64,000 nucleotides of DNA from Candidatus Heimdallarchaeota archaeon (GTDB lineage Archaea; Asgardarchaeota; Heimdallarchaeia; JABLTI01): contig JAHLVZ010000002.1 in assembly GCA_019058165.1 (NCBI GenBank), positions 16,048-80,047 of the forward strand, in the 5' to 3' direction. The position numbers and the translations under genes are program-made. The notes below the pieces were generated by a model that saw only the letters and a program-made list of their open reading frames with translations, searched no databases and had not been told where the DNA came from. Every line of letters starts with the position of its first letter. The first letter of the stretch is position 1. Shown here piece after piece: positions 11,116 to 20,200 of the stretch.

Positions 11116-12018
11116 ATGTGGTTACAAGTGATAGATGAAATTCTGCAATTTCATGATAAAGGAGATGAAATTGTGAAGGTGCTTTGTGAGGAGCTTGGTG
11201 CAGAGGTGCTAGATGTTGATTTCCAATATTACGAGCTTACTACGCTCAAGATCTTACACAGTTCTTCTCAGGAGATTTTTGATTATTTATGTAAGAATGT
11301 GCAACAAGAAACTGATGTTATTCGAAAGAAATGTCTAATCTTTCTTATCGCCAAATTAATTGAGGAAATACAGCTTATCCCCTCTGTGACTATTGATATT
11401 CTTATGGATGAAACAGAAAGCCCATATATCTTATTCCGCTTAGCATTTGTTCTTTACCATGAACCTATCTTACAGACTCGTTGCATTGAGGTTTTTCGAC
11501 AAGTTATCCTAAATAAAGAGAACCATATGGACATGCGACATGAGTCCATTTCAATTTTGAATCGACTTGCAGAAATCGAGAAGCGTCCCATATTAATCCC
11601 TATTTTCCTTGAAATAATTGCATTAGAAGAGTACTATTTTGAAGATCCTTCTTTTGCAGGACATTGTATGGGAGATATTATTATTACAGATGATTCTTTT
11701 GATCCTGAATACTCAGAATATTGGATCATTGACATTAAAGAATTAGCTATCGATGGTCTTTCTTACTTTCCTGATCATTTTGAATTAGTTGCTACACCAT
11801 TGCTGAAGTTTATGACTGAAGAATATCAAATTGATGAGTACATCTCTGCTGTCGCTCGAACACTTACAGGTTACATCTTTGATGTCCCCCATGCTTCTAG
11901 ATTCCTTCTCGACAAAGTAGACTTTTTGTACAAAAATAATGAAGGAGCTAAAGTGATTGTAGATGCGATTCTGGAGTTTCATGGAGTAGAAAAGTCAGAT
12001 ACTCAGCTCCCTTTGTAA
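11116..12018 (+). CDS. hypothetical alpha-helical repeat protein
   Basis: 300-aa ORF with an ATG start and helical-repeat character. Convergent with the helicase operon. No motif recognised. Confidence 0.4.
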   Translation: MWLQVIDEILQFHDKGDEIVKVLCEELGAEVLDVDFQYYELTTLKILHSSSQEIFDYLCKNVQQETDVIRKKCLIFLIAKLIEEIQLIPSVTIDILMDETESPYILFRLAFVLYHEPILQTRCIEVFRQVILNKENHMDMRHESISILNRLAEIEKRPILIPIFLEIIALEEYYFEDPSFAGHCMGDIIITDDSFDPEYSEYWIIDIKELAIDGLSYFPDHFELVATPLLKFMTEEYQIDEYISAVARTLTGYIFDVPHASRFLLDKVDFLYKNNEGAKVIVDAILEFHGVEKSDTQLPL

Positions 12019-12116
12019 TAGCTTACTCATATCCAAAGAAGCTCGTGAGTTAAATAGCTCGTTTTTGTTGTAACAACTGAATACGTCTCACTCAGTCCAC
12101 AAATTTCTTCTCATTT

Positions 12117-12761
12117 TTATTTGTTTATGTCATTAAGCCATCGTATTACTTTGATTGGATCTTCTCTTTTTTCATCGTCAATTACAATGAAAACTCCAAC
12201 ATTTCTTTTAATATATTCCCTAGACCACTTCTCCTTTACCTTCCATCCACCAGTAGCGAAAACTCTATTATCCATGTCATAAAACGGTACGTGCGTGTGA
12301 CTTATAATTAACATATCTGTTGACAGAATTTTAGTGAGAAAGTTGATTGAATTAGCTATCAATTGTTTTTTAAGAGTGACAACAGCTTGATTCCAAGTTT
12401 CATTCACTTTTTTCTTCAAACCAATATTATGACCATGACAGATGATGAACCGTCCTTCTAAGGTGTTTAATTTCGCATATGGTATTACTTGAATGTCTGG
12501 TTTATCATAGAGCAAATTCCCCTCATGCCCCATTCCTCCTGTAACATAAACGATCTTCTCTTTACAACCTTCTATTGCACTCCAAGTAACAAACTCCTTT
12601 AATGCGTCATTAGCATTCTCATTATATGTGTCCAAGAAATCACCATTCATAATAATAATGTCTACTGTATTTGCGACGCTCTTGATTGCCTCTAAGAACT
12701 CCTTTCTTTTACAACCAGCAGCATCAAGGTGCACATCTCCAAATATTGCTGCTCTTGTCAA
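12117..12761 (-). CDS. calcineurin-like metallophosphoesterase (last gene of the helicase operon)
   Basis: Phosphoesterase motifs appear in order: GDVHLD, NGDFLD, GHEGN, CHGHN, SHTH. The TTG start overlaps the stop of the upstream helicase ORF (TTGA). Confidence 0.8.
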   Translation of the reverse strand: MTRAAIFGDVHLDAAGCKRKEFLEAIKSVANTVDIIIMNGDFLDTYNENANDALKEFVTWSAIEGCKEKIVYVTGGMGHEGNLLYDKPDIQVIPYAKLNTLEGRFIICHGHNIGLKKKVNETWNQAVVTLKKQLIANSINFLTKILSTDMLIISHTHVPFYDMDNRVFATGGWKVKEKWSREYIKRNVGVFIVIDDEKREDPIKVIRWLNDINK

Positions 12762-14185
12762 GTTTCAAGGTCCCCCTTTGTTTTTTCAGCTAAAATAGAT
12801 CTAACCATTCCAAGTGTTTCATCTGATGTTTGTTCTATGAATGGAAAAATAGCTGCTTGTGAACTTTGATTATTAGAAGTGCTCTGAAGTATTTTTCTTG
12901 CTTGATTCATTACCTTGTGAAATTCCCGAAAAAGATAAGCAGTATTTCCTAGTTCACCCCCTTTATCGTAAATTGCCAGCTTCCCTTCATATACATTTAT
13001 TGCAGTTCTAAAGGAAGGTTCTGAGATATGGAGAGTAATTTCAGCGCCTTTCAGAAGAAGATCTCTTAGTAAGGTTAAAGTGTCTTGTTTAATTTTATAC
13101 CCAACTTTCTTGCTTTGAAAAATAACTTCAACCAACATACCACTTGTCTTTTCTTGCCAATGGTAGGACTGCTTATGTTGGTGTGTAGGCTCGATTTTCT
13201 CCCCTGTTCGAGAGTACCTTATTACTTGAGTAGTTTCCTTTTGAATAACCATTCGCCCATAACGAATAATTAAATTGCCAATTTTTTGTACACGTGCTTG
13301 TTGACTAATTTGAAAAACAGGTGCTTTTAGTTTATTATATTCTATTGTAGACTTGTTAACGGCAAGTTTTTCTACAAATACCTTTCCTTCTACTATCTGT
13401 AACACTCGATAAACATCACCATGACTTCCTTGGAATAATAGATTACCAGGCAAAGCCATCCTTAAAATTCTCTGTTCTTCAATTTCTCCCACCATACGCT
13501 CAATTTTATTTTCTTGTTCAATTACTAACCATCTTTGTTCTATGGATCGAATCTTATGGTTACGAATAAAGAAATGCAGTTCCTGTTCATCAGCTATAAC
13601 TAATTCTTGTTTTCCACTATTTGTATCAAAACTCCGAGTACGAATGATTCCACTAGCTAGTAACATAGTGATTGCTGTCTTTGTTATATGTTCACATTCT
13701 GTAGTTTGGCAATAGGAAAGAATTTCATCGTTGTTTGTTAGACCCATACATATTCTGAAAAGTATGAAGGCTTTCAGTCTTTGAAGGGACTTTGAATCAA
13801 ATAGAATTTGCTCAGCAATATTTTCTTCAAGAATAGTCTTAATTATTCGATAATTTTCTAGATAGAAGTTATCCAGTGGTTGTTCTGTATCTAAAATGAT
13901 GGTGAAATTCTTCTTTTGAGCAACATCTCTAAATCGTAATCGACCAAATCTTTGAAGCAAACCATTTTTACCTGTTATCGGCCAACCAATATTAATAATA
14001 TGTTCTACTTTTGGAAGATCCATACCTAGCTCTAGTAACGATGTAGAAAACAGAAAATGAAGCGATCCATTTTTTATTCTCTTGTGAATATTTGTCTTAT
14101 CCTGCTCTGTAAGTTGACTATTGATACATACAAAAGGTGAATTGAGTTTTACAACTTCTAGTGGTAACCCAGTTCTCTTCATCAA
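12758..14185 (-). CDS. SF2 helicase, C-terminal fragment (RecA2 domain plus C-terminal extension)
   Basis: Helicase C-domain pattern: FLFSTSLLELGMDLP...INIGWP...LLQRFGRLRF (motifs V/VI-like). The frame stays open upstream to 14203 and continues the N-terminal fragment after a 1-nt shift. Confidence 0.8.
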   Translation of the reverse strand: MMKRTGLPLEVVKLNSPFVCINSQLTEQDKTNIHKRIKNGSLHFLFSTSLLELGMDLPKVEHIINIGWPITGKNGLLQRFGRLRFRDVAQKKNFTIILDTEQPLDNFYLENYRIIKTILEENIAEQILFDSKSLQRLKAFILFRICMGLTNNDEILSYCQTTECEHITKTAITMLLASGIIRTRSFDTNSGKQELVIADEQELHFFIRNHKIRSIEQRWLVIEQENKIERMVGEIEEQRILRMALPGNLLFQGSHGDVYRVLQIVEGKVFVEKLAVNKSTIEYNKLKAPVFQISQQARVQKIGNLIIRYGRMVIQKETTQVIRYSRTGEKIEPTHQHKQSYHWQEKTSGMLVEVIFQSKKVGYKIKQDTLTLLRDLLLKGAEITLHISEPSFRTAINVYEGKLAIYDKGGELGNTAYLFREFHKVMNQARKILQSTSNNQSSQAAIFPFIEQTSDETLGMVRSILAEKTKGDLET

Positions 14186-14205
14186 ACGTTCATTGAAAGT
14201 TGCTA

Positions 14206-15063
14206 CTAACTGACTTTTTGTATGCTATCAACAAATACTAGACAAACTCCACCCGTTCTTTGAAGATGTGGGTCAATTCGTTCAAATATGAACCGCTCAA
14301 GTGAAGCTTTGGGGAGGATCATTACTCGGACAACTCCTCGTTTGCCAACTGCTTGAACAATTTTAGCACTTGGTAGGAAATTATCACGAAATGAATCGAC
14401 ATCCTTGACTGTTGCAGAAGCAAGAATCACTCGAAGTTTTGGATTGATTTTTTTGAAAACATCAATAAACTCTCGAACATGAGTTAAATATCCTCCAGAA
14501 CCTGCATGAATCTCATCTAAGACAAGCACATCTGTTTGTTTAATCCAGTCGAGAAATCCATGTTTATCTTCCTTGAAACATCTATAAAATAGCTTGTCTA
14601 AAGTAGCAAGAAGAATCTGTGGTTTTTTCTTCTCAATCTGTTCCAAGTCTTGTTTTGATAAATCTCCATTATATCTACTATAAGTAATTGTTCTACCCGT
14701 TGCTTCAAGTATTTGATTGCAGTAATAAGCTAGTCTTTGTTCTTGGTCTGCTGCTAGTTGTTTAGTTGGGTAAATAATAACTGCATTTGTAGCCTTCTCC
14801 TCCAACAGATCTTTTAAAATAGGAAACATGAATACTTCTGTTTTTCCAGCTCCAGTTCCAACAGTAAGGAAAAGATCATTACCAGCAAGAACTGTTTTCA
14901 TAGATTCTATCTGATATTTGTATAGTGTATGTGGAAACACTTGTTTCAATATATCTCCAAGTTCATTCATACCTACTTCTGGGTCATCAATGTAGTAATT
15001 TGCTTTATCACTTTCTTGAGGTAAAATGTTGAAGGTTGCTTTAATGATACAATGATTTGACAA
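14206..15063 (-). CDS. SF2 DEAD/DEAH-box helicase, N-terminal fragment (RecA1 domain)
   Basis: Motif I GTGAGKT, Ia YPTKQLAADQ, II LDEIH, III ASAT. The ORF ends at a TAG directly after the sequence LVFVDSIQKVS. Confidence 0.85.
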   Translation of the reverse strand: MSNHCIIKATFNILPQESDKANYYIDDPEVGMNELGDILKQVFPHTLYKYQIESMKTVLAGNDLFLTVGTGAGKTEVFMFPILKDLLEEKATNAVIIYPTKQLAADQEQRLAYYCNQILEATGRTITYSRYNGDLSKQDLEQIEKKKPQILLATLDKLFYRCFKEDKHGFLDWIKQTDVLVLDEIHAGSGGYLTHVREFIDVFKKINPKLRVILASATVKDVDSFRDNFLPSAKIVQAVGKRGVVRVMILPKASLERFIFERIDPHLQRTGGVCLVFVDSIQKVS

Positions 15064-15065
15064 AC

Positions 15066-15629
15066 TTATTTACATCCTAATTTTTCGACTCCAAATAAAA
15101 AAGGTAAAATTGATTCGAATTCTATCTTTAAGAAATTCATAATTTCATCATTGGAATTTGTGTTACATTTAGAATAAAAATTGAGTATTCTTGTAATTGA
15201 CTCAGATATTACTTCCTCTCTTCTTCCTTGAGATAAGAAATTTGTATTTGAGAATAATTCTATTAACATATTTTGTTCCAGATATTCCTTTTGAGAGATT
15301 TCCTTTTGCAATTCTTTTTGTTGTAGTAATTCGTAACATATATGCGTATCAATTCGTAAATGTGATGGCAATAATAATCCAAATGAAAGGCTGTTGTAAA
15401 GTTGCACTAAATTATCTAAATGTGTCCCTTCCTTTAAACCAAAATGATACTTATATTTTGTACCTACACGCCAAATTAAACCCTTTTCTCGTAAATCGTT
15501 GAGAGTCGCATAAGTTTCAGAAAGATCTATATTTGCACCAATTGCTATCTCCTTGGCACTTTTTGGGTAGGCAATACCATATTTTGTGAAATCATTTAGT
15601 AGATGCCACATTACTTTGTATGAATCCAT
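15066..15629 (-). CDS. winged-helix DNA-binding protein (operon member)
   Basis: N-terminal wHTH-like stretch SAKEIAIGANIDLSETYATLNDLREKGLIWRVG. ATG start. Overlaps the upstream ORF by 19 nt. Confidence 0.5.
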   Translation of the reverse strand: MDSYKVMWHLLNDFTKYGIAYPKSAKEIAIGANIDLSETYATLNDLREKGLIWRVGTKYKYHFGLKEGTHLDNLVQLYNSLSFGLLLPSHLRIDTHICYELLQQKELQKEISQKEYLEQNMLIELFSNTNFLSQGRREEVISESITRILNFYSKCNTNSNDEIMNFLKIEFESILPFLFGVEKLGCK

Positions 15630-17113
15630 TCTATATCTAGCTCCTCAAACTGATTACAGTACTCCACTACCCGAGGTGAGAATTTGTTAGAAGGTAGATC
15701 ATGCTTTTCCAGAAATTCTTCCTCTCGTGTTTCAAACAAAGAGGGTATTAAATTAAAACCGGCAAGATCTTTGTTTGCTTTCTCTTCGGTTTGTTTCATT
15801 GGGAAATATATTAAAGGCTTGAAACTTGTCCTTAGAATCTCTTCTTGGCATATTTTGAAAGCTAACTCTTTCAATTGTACTTTTATTACTGGTTCCAAAG
15901 AAGTCCATTGAATTGCTAACCGCCAAAATCTTACCGGAATTTCTCTATCACAATTCTTTATTTTCACCAATAATTGCTTCTTTAGAAATCTTTGATGAAC
16001 CACTGACAACAATTTGTCAAATTCAACAATAAATTGCTTACAGGCTTCTCGGAAAGTTTGGTAGGATCTTCCATTAAAATAACATGGACTACTAAATAAT
16101 TCCTGTTTCAATCTATGCAATACTTCCCCTCCTTTTTTATTCACTACATAGATAACCTCTCCTCTAAACACATCAAGAGAACTAATACATGAGTCAGTTA
16201 TTCTCTTTTCAACGATTGCTTTTACTAATGCGACATGTCCAGCAAATTTCAATGCTTCACACAAATCTAGGACTAAACCCATCCAAGAGAGATCAGAATA
16301 ATAGCTGAAATGATTGAAGCCACCAACACCAAGATATTTTAAACCAAGCTCTTCCAGTATGATCCACAATTCCTCTTCACAAAGAATAAACATATGGTTA
16401 AAAAGCACATCTCCTTTGGTTCGAGCCATCGTCTTATAATTACCTACTACCCTTTTTAGTGAGAATAATCTATTGGAAACTCGATTGCTGATAACAATTC
16501 CACAAGGTCCTAGAAGCTCATTAGTTACTCTCCAGGTTACATCTGCTGCGGTTGCTTCAGAAAGATTACAAAGAATACTCGAATGACAATTACGACCGTA
16601 CTGATATGTATCACCTATTTTATCTTTAAAGAACTGTAATTTCTGGTTGTCTGATGCAAATCCAAAAAGTGCTTGAATCATTGCTAAGCGATTTGACAAA
16701 TTCGAGCGCCAAAAAGTGTTGATAAATCCTGAAGAAAATCGGATAACATCTACTGTAAGTGCCTTTTGATAATCCATCCGGTCGACGTGAAACCATCCTT
16801 TTGGAGAACTAACTCGAACATAATGACATCCTGCAGTTATTAATCTCTGTTTTATCTCTTCGGTAATGCCTTGATGGTCATACACAAAATGAATGTCTGA
16901 AATATTATATTGAAGCTTTCCAACAGTTAATATTTCATCAGCTATAATCGATACTTGTTGCCCTGGTAATATTTGAAAACCTAATCGTACTTTATGTTTT
17001 TTTCTAACCTCATCAATAGTTAGTCCTGTTAGTTTGTACACTTCTTTATTGAAGATGTGCCGATTATCCTTAACGCATAACACAAAATGGTCAACATTTT
17101 TACTATTACTCAA
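15611..17113 (-). CDS. hypothetical 500-aa protein (operon member)
   Basis: Long uninterrupted ORF tightly coupled to its neighbours. No motif recognised by eye. Confidence 0.5.
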   Translation of the reverse strand: MSNSKNVDHFVLCVKDNRHIFNKEVYKLTGLTIDEVRKKHKVRLGFQILPGQQVSIIADEILTVGKLQYNISDIHFVYDHQGITEEIKQRLITAGCHYVRVSSPKGWFHVDRMDYQKALTVDVIRFSSGFINTFWRSNLSNRLAMIQALFGFASDNQKLQFFKDKIGDTYQYGRNCHSSILCNLSEATAADVTWRVTNELLGPCGIVISNRVSNRLFSLKRVVGNYKTMARTKGDVLFNHMFILCEEELWIILEELGLKYLGVGGFNHFSYYSDLSWMGLVLDLCEALKFAGHVALVKAIVEKRITDSCISSLDVFRGEVIYVVNKKGGEVLHRLKQELFSSPCYFNGRSYQTFREACKQFIVEFDKLLSVVHQRFLKKQLLVKIKNCDREIPVRFWRLAIQWTSLEPVIKVQLKELAFKICQEEILRTSFKPLIYFPMKQTEEKANKDLAGFNLIPSLFETREEEFLEKHDLPSNKFSPRVVEYCNQFEELDIEWIHTK

Positions 17114-17114
17114 A

Positions 17115-19160
17115 TCAATTACACCTCGTTTTCTTTCTTTTTTGGATTAGTTTAAAGGTTGTATTGCATACTGGACAACTAACTGCTATCAAACCCTGAG
17201 TTGGTCGGTCACCTGTACCAAAGTCTTCTAGTACTACTTCTCTTCCCTCAAAAAAGCAATCAGGACATAAATATACAAGCAACTCCTCTCCTTCAAGTGT
17301 TTGACCTGAGAAACTCTTAGGAATGTGATCAATAAATTCCTCAATAGTAAACACCTTTGTTACTGATTCTTTTGCTTGAAAATGTTCACACCCAATAGTA
17401 TTACTTCTGAGTGTCTCAGTTATTCTAAGAAGATCTTCATCTGATATCATCCGTTCGGCAATACTCTTTACTCTCTGCCAGAAAGTACAACGTTTCTTTA
17501 CATACCAATGACAATCACCACAAACAACGTTGAAATGATCAGGAAAACCCTTGCATGAATAATAAGCCAAACTTCTCCCTTTGGGAGGTTTCCCTATTAA
17601 TTTCTCCACTTGGAAACCATTTGTAATCAAATCTTGTATTGCTTGAGTTACTTCAAAGGTGTTGATAACAAGCATTGAGGAAATCTTGTATAAAGTAAGT
17701 GGATAATCAGCGTTAATTAGTAAATCTTTTACTACTCGCTCAAGAGTTCGTCTATCCATTTTCATAATTAAAGAGGATTCACTTGAATCTAAGGAATTCA
17801 ATCTGATCTTATCTAAGACCCTTATGTTGTCTTTTGCTTGCTGGGTCATTTGTTCTTTAAAGCAGTTTAATAATTGAGTAACTTGGAAAAGCAAATAGCT
17901 GTTTTTGGAATTCTTTAAAATCTCTTCAATTGTTTCCTTTTCTTCTTTGGTAGGTTCTAATGTTCCTAATAGGAGCTGTAAATCATCAAATTGTAATTGT
18001 CCTTTTGTAAAATCGCTAAAAATCTCTTGGACTATTGACCAATTAATGATGTCATTTTCAGTTTTTTTTCGGATGGTTGTTAAAAGTTCTATAGGATTAT
18101 TTAGTGTCTCTTTAAAGTAAGTTGAAGCAATAAGAAACTTTTTCCCAAATTCAGTTAAAGTGAAACGACTGTAACAATTTCGATCCTTTGTTACTAATGC
18201 AAATGGTCCAAGCAGTTCTTTTTGCAAACCATCGAATAATGTAAAACCTTGATTAAACTCTAATTGGAAAATTTTTTCAACAAGAAATTCTTGCATTTCT
18301 ATTTCTTTTTTCTTGGATTCTGTTTGAAAGATTCGAGTATAAATTGTATCTATTAATCGCTCTAGAAGATCTTTTTTGGAGGGTGATCCAGAGTATAAAT
18401 TCACAAGAATATAACGTAAAAGAGAATTCTGTAAATTATCATCTTTTGTGTAATGGTAGAGTGCAAGTAATGTGTTTATTGAAGCAGTTGTTATATTTTT
18501 GAATCCTATCTCTATATCTTCGATTGGAATCAGTCCCGTTGAAATGAAGTGTTTTCGAATATGTGTTTTTTCTCGTCTTGGAAGAAGGGAGAAAAGCGAA
18601 TCGATATCATTAATACACCAAGATTTCTTAGAGGAATTAAGTGATTTATTTTCATCTAGTGGATCCACAAAGATATACGCGTCAACTATAGGCAGCTGAA
18701 CTTTCTTTTTCAATGAATCGTCTTTGCTTTTACGATACAATAAAGTCCGAAGTAGAGTAGAATAACTTGTTATGATAAGTTTGTTTGCTGCTAGTGGCTG
18801 ACTGTTTCCTTTAAATTTTGAAAATGTTGAAGCAATCTTAATGCCTGCAAGGTGTTTTCTAGAGAACAGATCTGATTGTTCTTTTTCTGAGTTAACATAG
18901 TTGTAAATCTTTCTAGCTTGTTCTGAAGTTCGAACGACAATCATAGCTGTTTGATTTGATAATCTTGCTGATAGTAATGCAATAGTGACTGCCAATGATA
19001 TTTGGTCCGGAGGAATTATTCCGTAAAAGAAAATGTCTGTTTCACGTTTAACAGTTTTCCGAATTATATCCAAATCAATTTCATCTGGAAAGGGATACTC
19101 CCGAAGGATTGTGGTAAAACTGATAGGATTGTTTCTATAGTAATCAGTTGTCATCCTCAC
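17115..19160 (-). CDS. helicase-like (Walker-A-less RecA1-like) protein with wHTH and C-terminal zinc ribbons
   Basis: The N-terminus parallels the helicase segment by segment but lacks GxGKT. A wHTH-like stretch is present (LTLYKISSMLVINTFEVTQAIQDLITNGF). CxxC pairs: CGDC, CPDC, CPVC. The start may be the ATG at 19154. Confidence 0.5.
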   Translation of the reverse strand: MRMTTDYYRNNPISFTTILREYPFPDEIDLDIIRKTVKRETDIFFYGIIPPDQISLAVTIALLSARLSNQTAMIVVRTSEQARKIYNYVNSEKEQSDLFSRKHLAGIKIASTFSKFKGNSQPLAANKLIITSYSTLLRTLLYRKSKDDSLKKKVQLPIVDAYIFVDPLDENKSLNSSKKSWCINDIDSLFSLLPRREKTHIRKHFISTGLIPIEDIEIGFKNITTASINTLLALYHYTKDDNLQNSLLRYILVNLYSGSPSKKDLLERLIDTIYTRIFQTESKKKEIEMQEFLVEKIFQLEFNQGFTLFDGLQKELLGPFALVTKDRNCYSRFTLTEFGKKFLIASTYFKETLNNPIELLTTIRKKTENDIINWSIVQEIFSDFTKGQLQFDDLQLLLGTLEPTKEEKETIEEILKNSKNSYLLFQVTQLLNCFKEQMTQQAKDNIRVLDKIRLNSLDSSESSLIMKMDRRTLERVVKDLLINADYPLTLYKISSMLVINTFEVTQAIQDLITNGFQVEKLIGKPPKGRSLAYYSCKGFPDHFNVVCGDCHWYVKKRCTFWQRVKSIAERMISDEDLLRITETLRSNTIGCEHFQAKESVTKVFTIEEFIDHIPKSFSGQTLEGEELLVYLCPDCFFEGREVVLEDFGTGDRPTQGLIAVSCPVCNTTFKLIQKRKKTRCN

Positions 19161-19794
19161 TCACTTTTTCAGTTGATATTAATTTTTCTAGTTGCTCAGG
19201 TAGTAATAGTAATTCTTCGCCAACAAACCAATCAAGAGCTTGTTTTATATGTATAATTAATTCATCAGATGAATAATCAGATAGAATAGTGACAGGAAAC
19301 TTCTCCAGAAAATACTCACACAACTCTTGCACTGTTTCTTCTTCATTACTTAACCAATCAATTAGAGAATCAAAGTGCATTCTGCAGTTAGTGAGTTGTT
19401 GCAGGAAAGAATCATCTGGTTTAGTAGATAATTTGTTTTCGAGTTCCTTTTGTATATCAAATTGTGGTTGATCAATTAAAAGCAGAAAACGTAGAAGAGG
19501 ATTATTTATATTAATTTCAAGTGGTTGAGTTGTAGAACGTGTATTTTTCTTTAATATATGAAAACCAACTAAAGCATCGGTTACATATTTTATACTTCTC
19601 GTTGAGATGGAGGAGTGTAAGTGTGTCTCTAGGAATTTTACTGACGGAATGACACTTTGGTTATAATTTACGTAATAATTAGCAAGAAATTCAATCATCA
19701 ATCGAGTATTTTTAGTGACTTTTATGTCCGTAAAAATGATTCCAAAATCATTATCTGATGATCCCAAGCCACCTATAACTTCCATTTTTATCAA
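19144..19794 (-). CDS. hypothetical wHTH-like protein (first gene of the operon)
   Basis: ISTRSIKYVTDALVGFHILKK resembles a recognition helix plus wing. The likely true start is the ATG at 19785. Overlaps the next ORF. Confidence 0.45.
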   Translation of the reverse strand: MIKMEVIGGLGSSDNDFGIIFTDIKVTKNTRLMIEFLANYYVNYNQSVIPSVKFLETHLHSSISTRSIKYVTDALVGFHILKKNTRSTTQPLEININNPLLRFLLLIDQPQFDIQKELENKLSTKPDDSFLQQLTNCRMHFDSLIDWLSNEEETVQELCEYFLEKFPVTILSDYSSDELIIHIKQALDWFVGEELLLLPEQLEKLISTEKVSEDDN

Positions 19795-20015
19795 TAATCT
19801 ACTTGAGAAATTATCCTTTTAAAGTTCTAAAAGTGCAAAAAAACCAAAAGGTCAGAAAATACAAGTCTGAAAGAAGGCAGGAGAAAGCTTCTTTTCCACT
19901 TACGGAAGATTACTTTATGTCCCTTTAGAGTTTCTTTAATTATGAATTTTTGTTTTTTTCTATTTCTTTTTCAATTCTGAAGAGCATCTCACAACAGAAT
20001 CATCTTCAATGGGTC

Positions 20016-20110
20016 TCTCAGTAACTCGTGTTCGTTCCGACCGTAGAAGGAGGACTCCATGAAATGGAGGAAGTAGGTCGACACGAGGGGAGCGTTCAGC
20101 GACTGAGGGG
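20016..20110. ncRNA. candidate structured RNA (GC-rich nested stems), function unknown
   Basis: Nested complementary segments: 20016-20023/20103-20110 (8 bp), 20026-20032/20082-20088 (7 bp), 20039-20043/20077-20081 (5 bp), 20056-20061/20065-20070 (6 bp, GAA loop). The stretch is much more GC-rich than its surroundings. A T6 run lies at about 20131-20136 on the + strand. Confidence 0.35.
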
Positions 20111-20200
20111 TATATTGATTGATAAATAGTTTTTTCATTCCGATTTGTGGGTAACTCTTCAAACCTTATTTTATGCTTTTGATTTCGGAGTAGCTATTTG

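Noticed and set aside
12117-19794. Considered whether the multiple wHTH proteins could be ESCRT-II-like (Vps22/25/36) subunits, or whether the cassette could be XPB-Bax1 or HerA-NurA-Mre11-Rad50.
   Set aside because: There are no ESCRT-I/III or Vps4 neighbours, no Rad50/HerA P-loop ATPases and no Bax1- or NurA-like motif. The helicase motifs are not XPB-like (no RED/thumb signature seen). Similarity is limited to generic wHTH and phosphoesterase folds.
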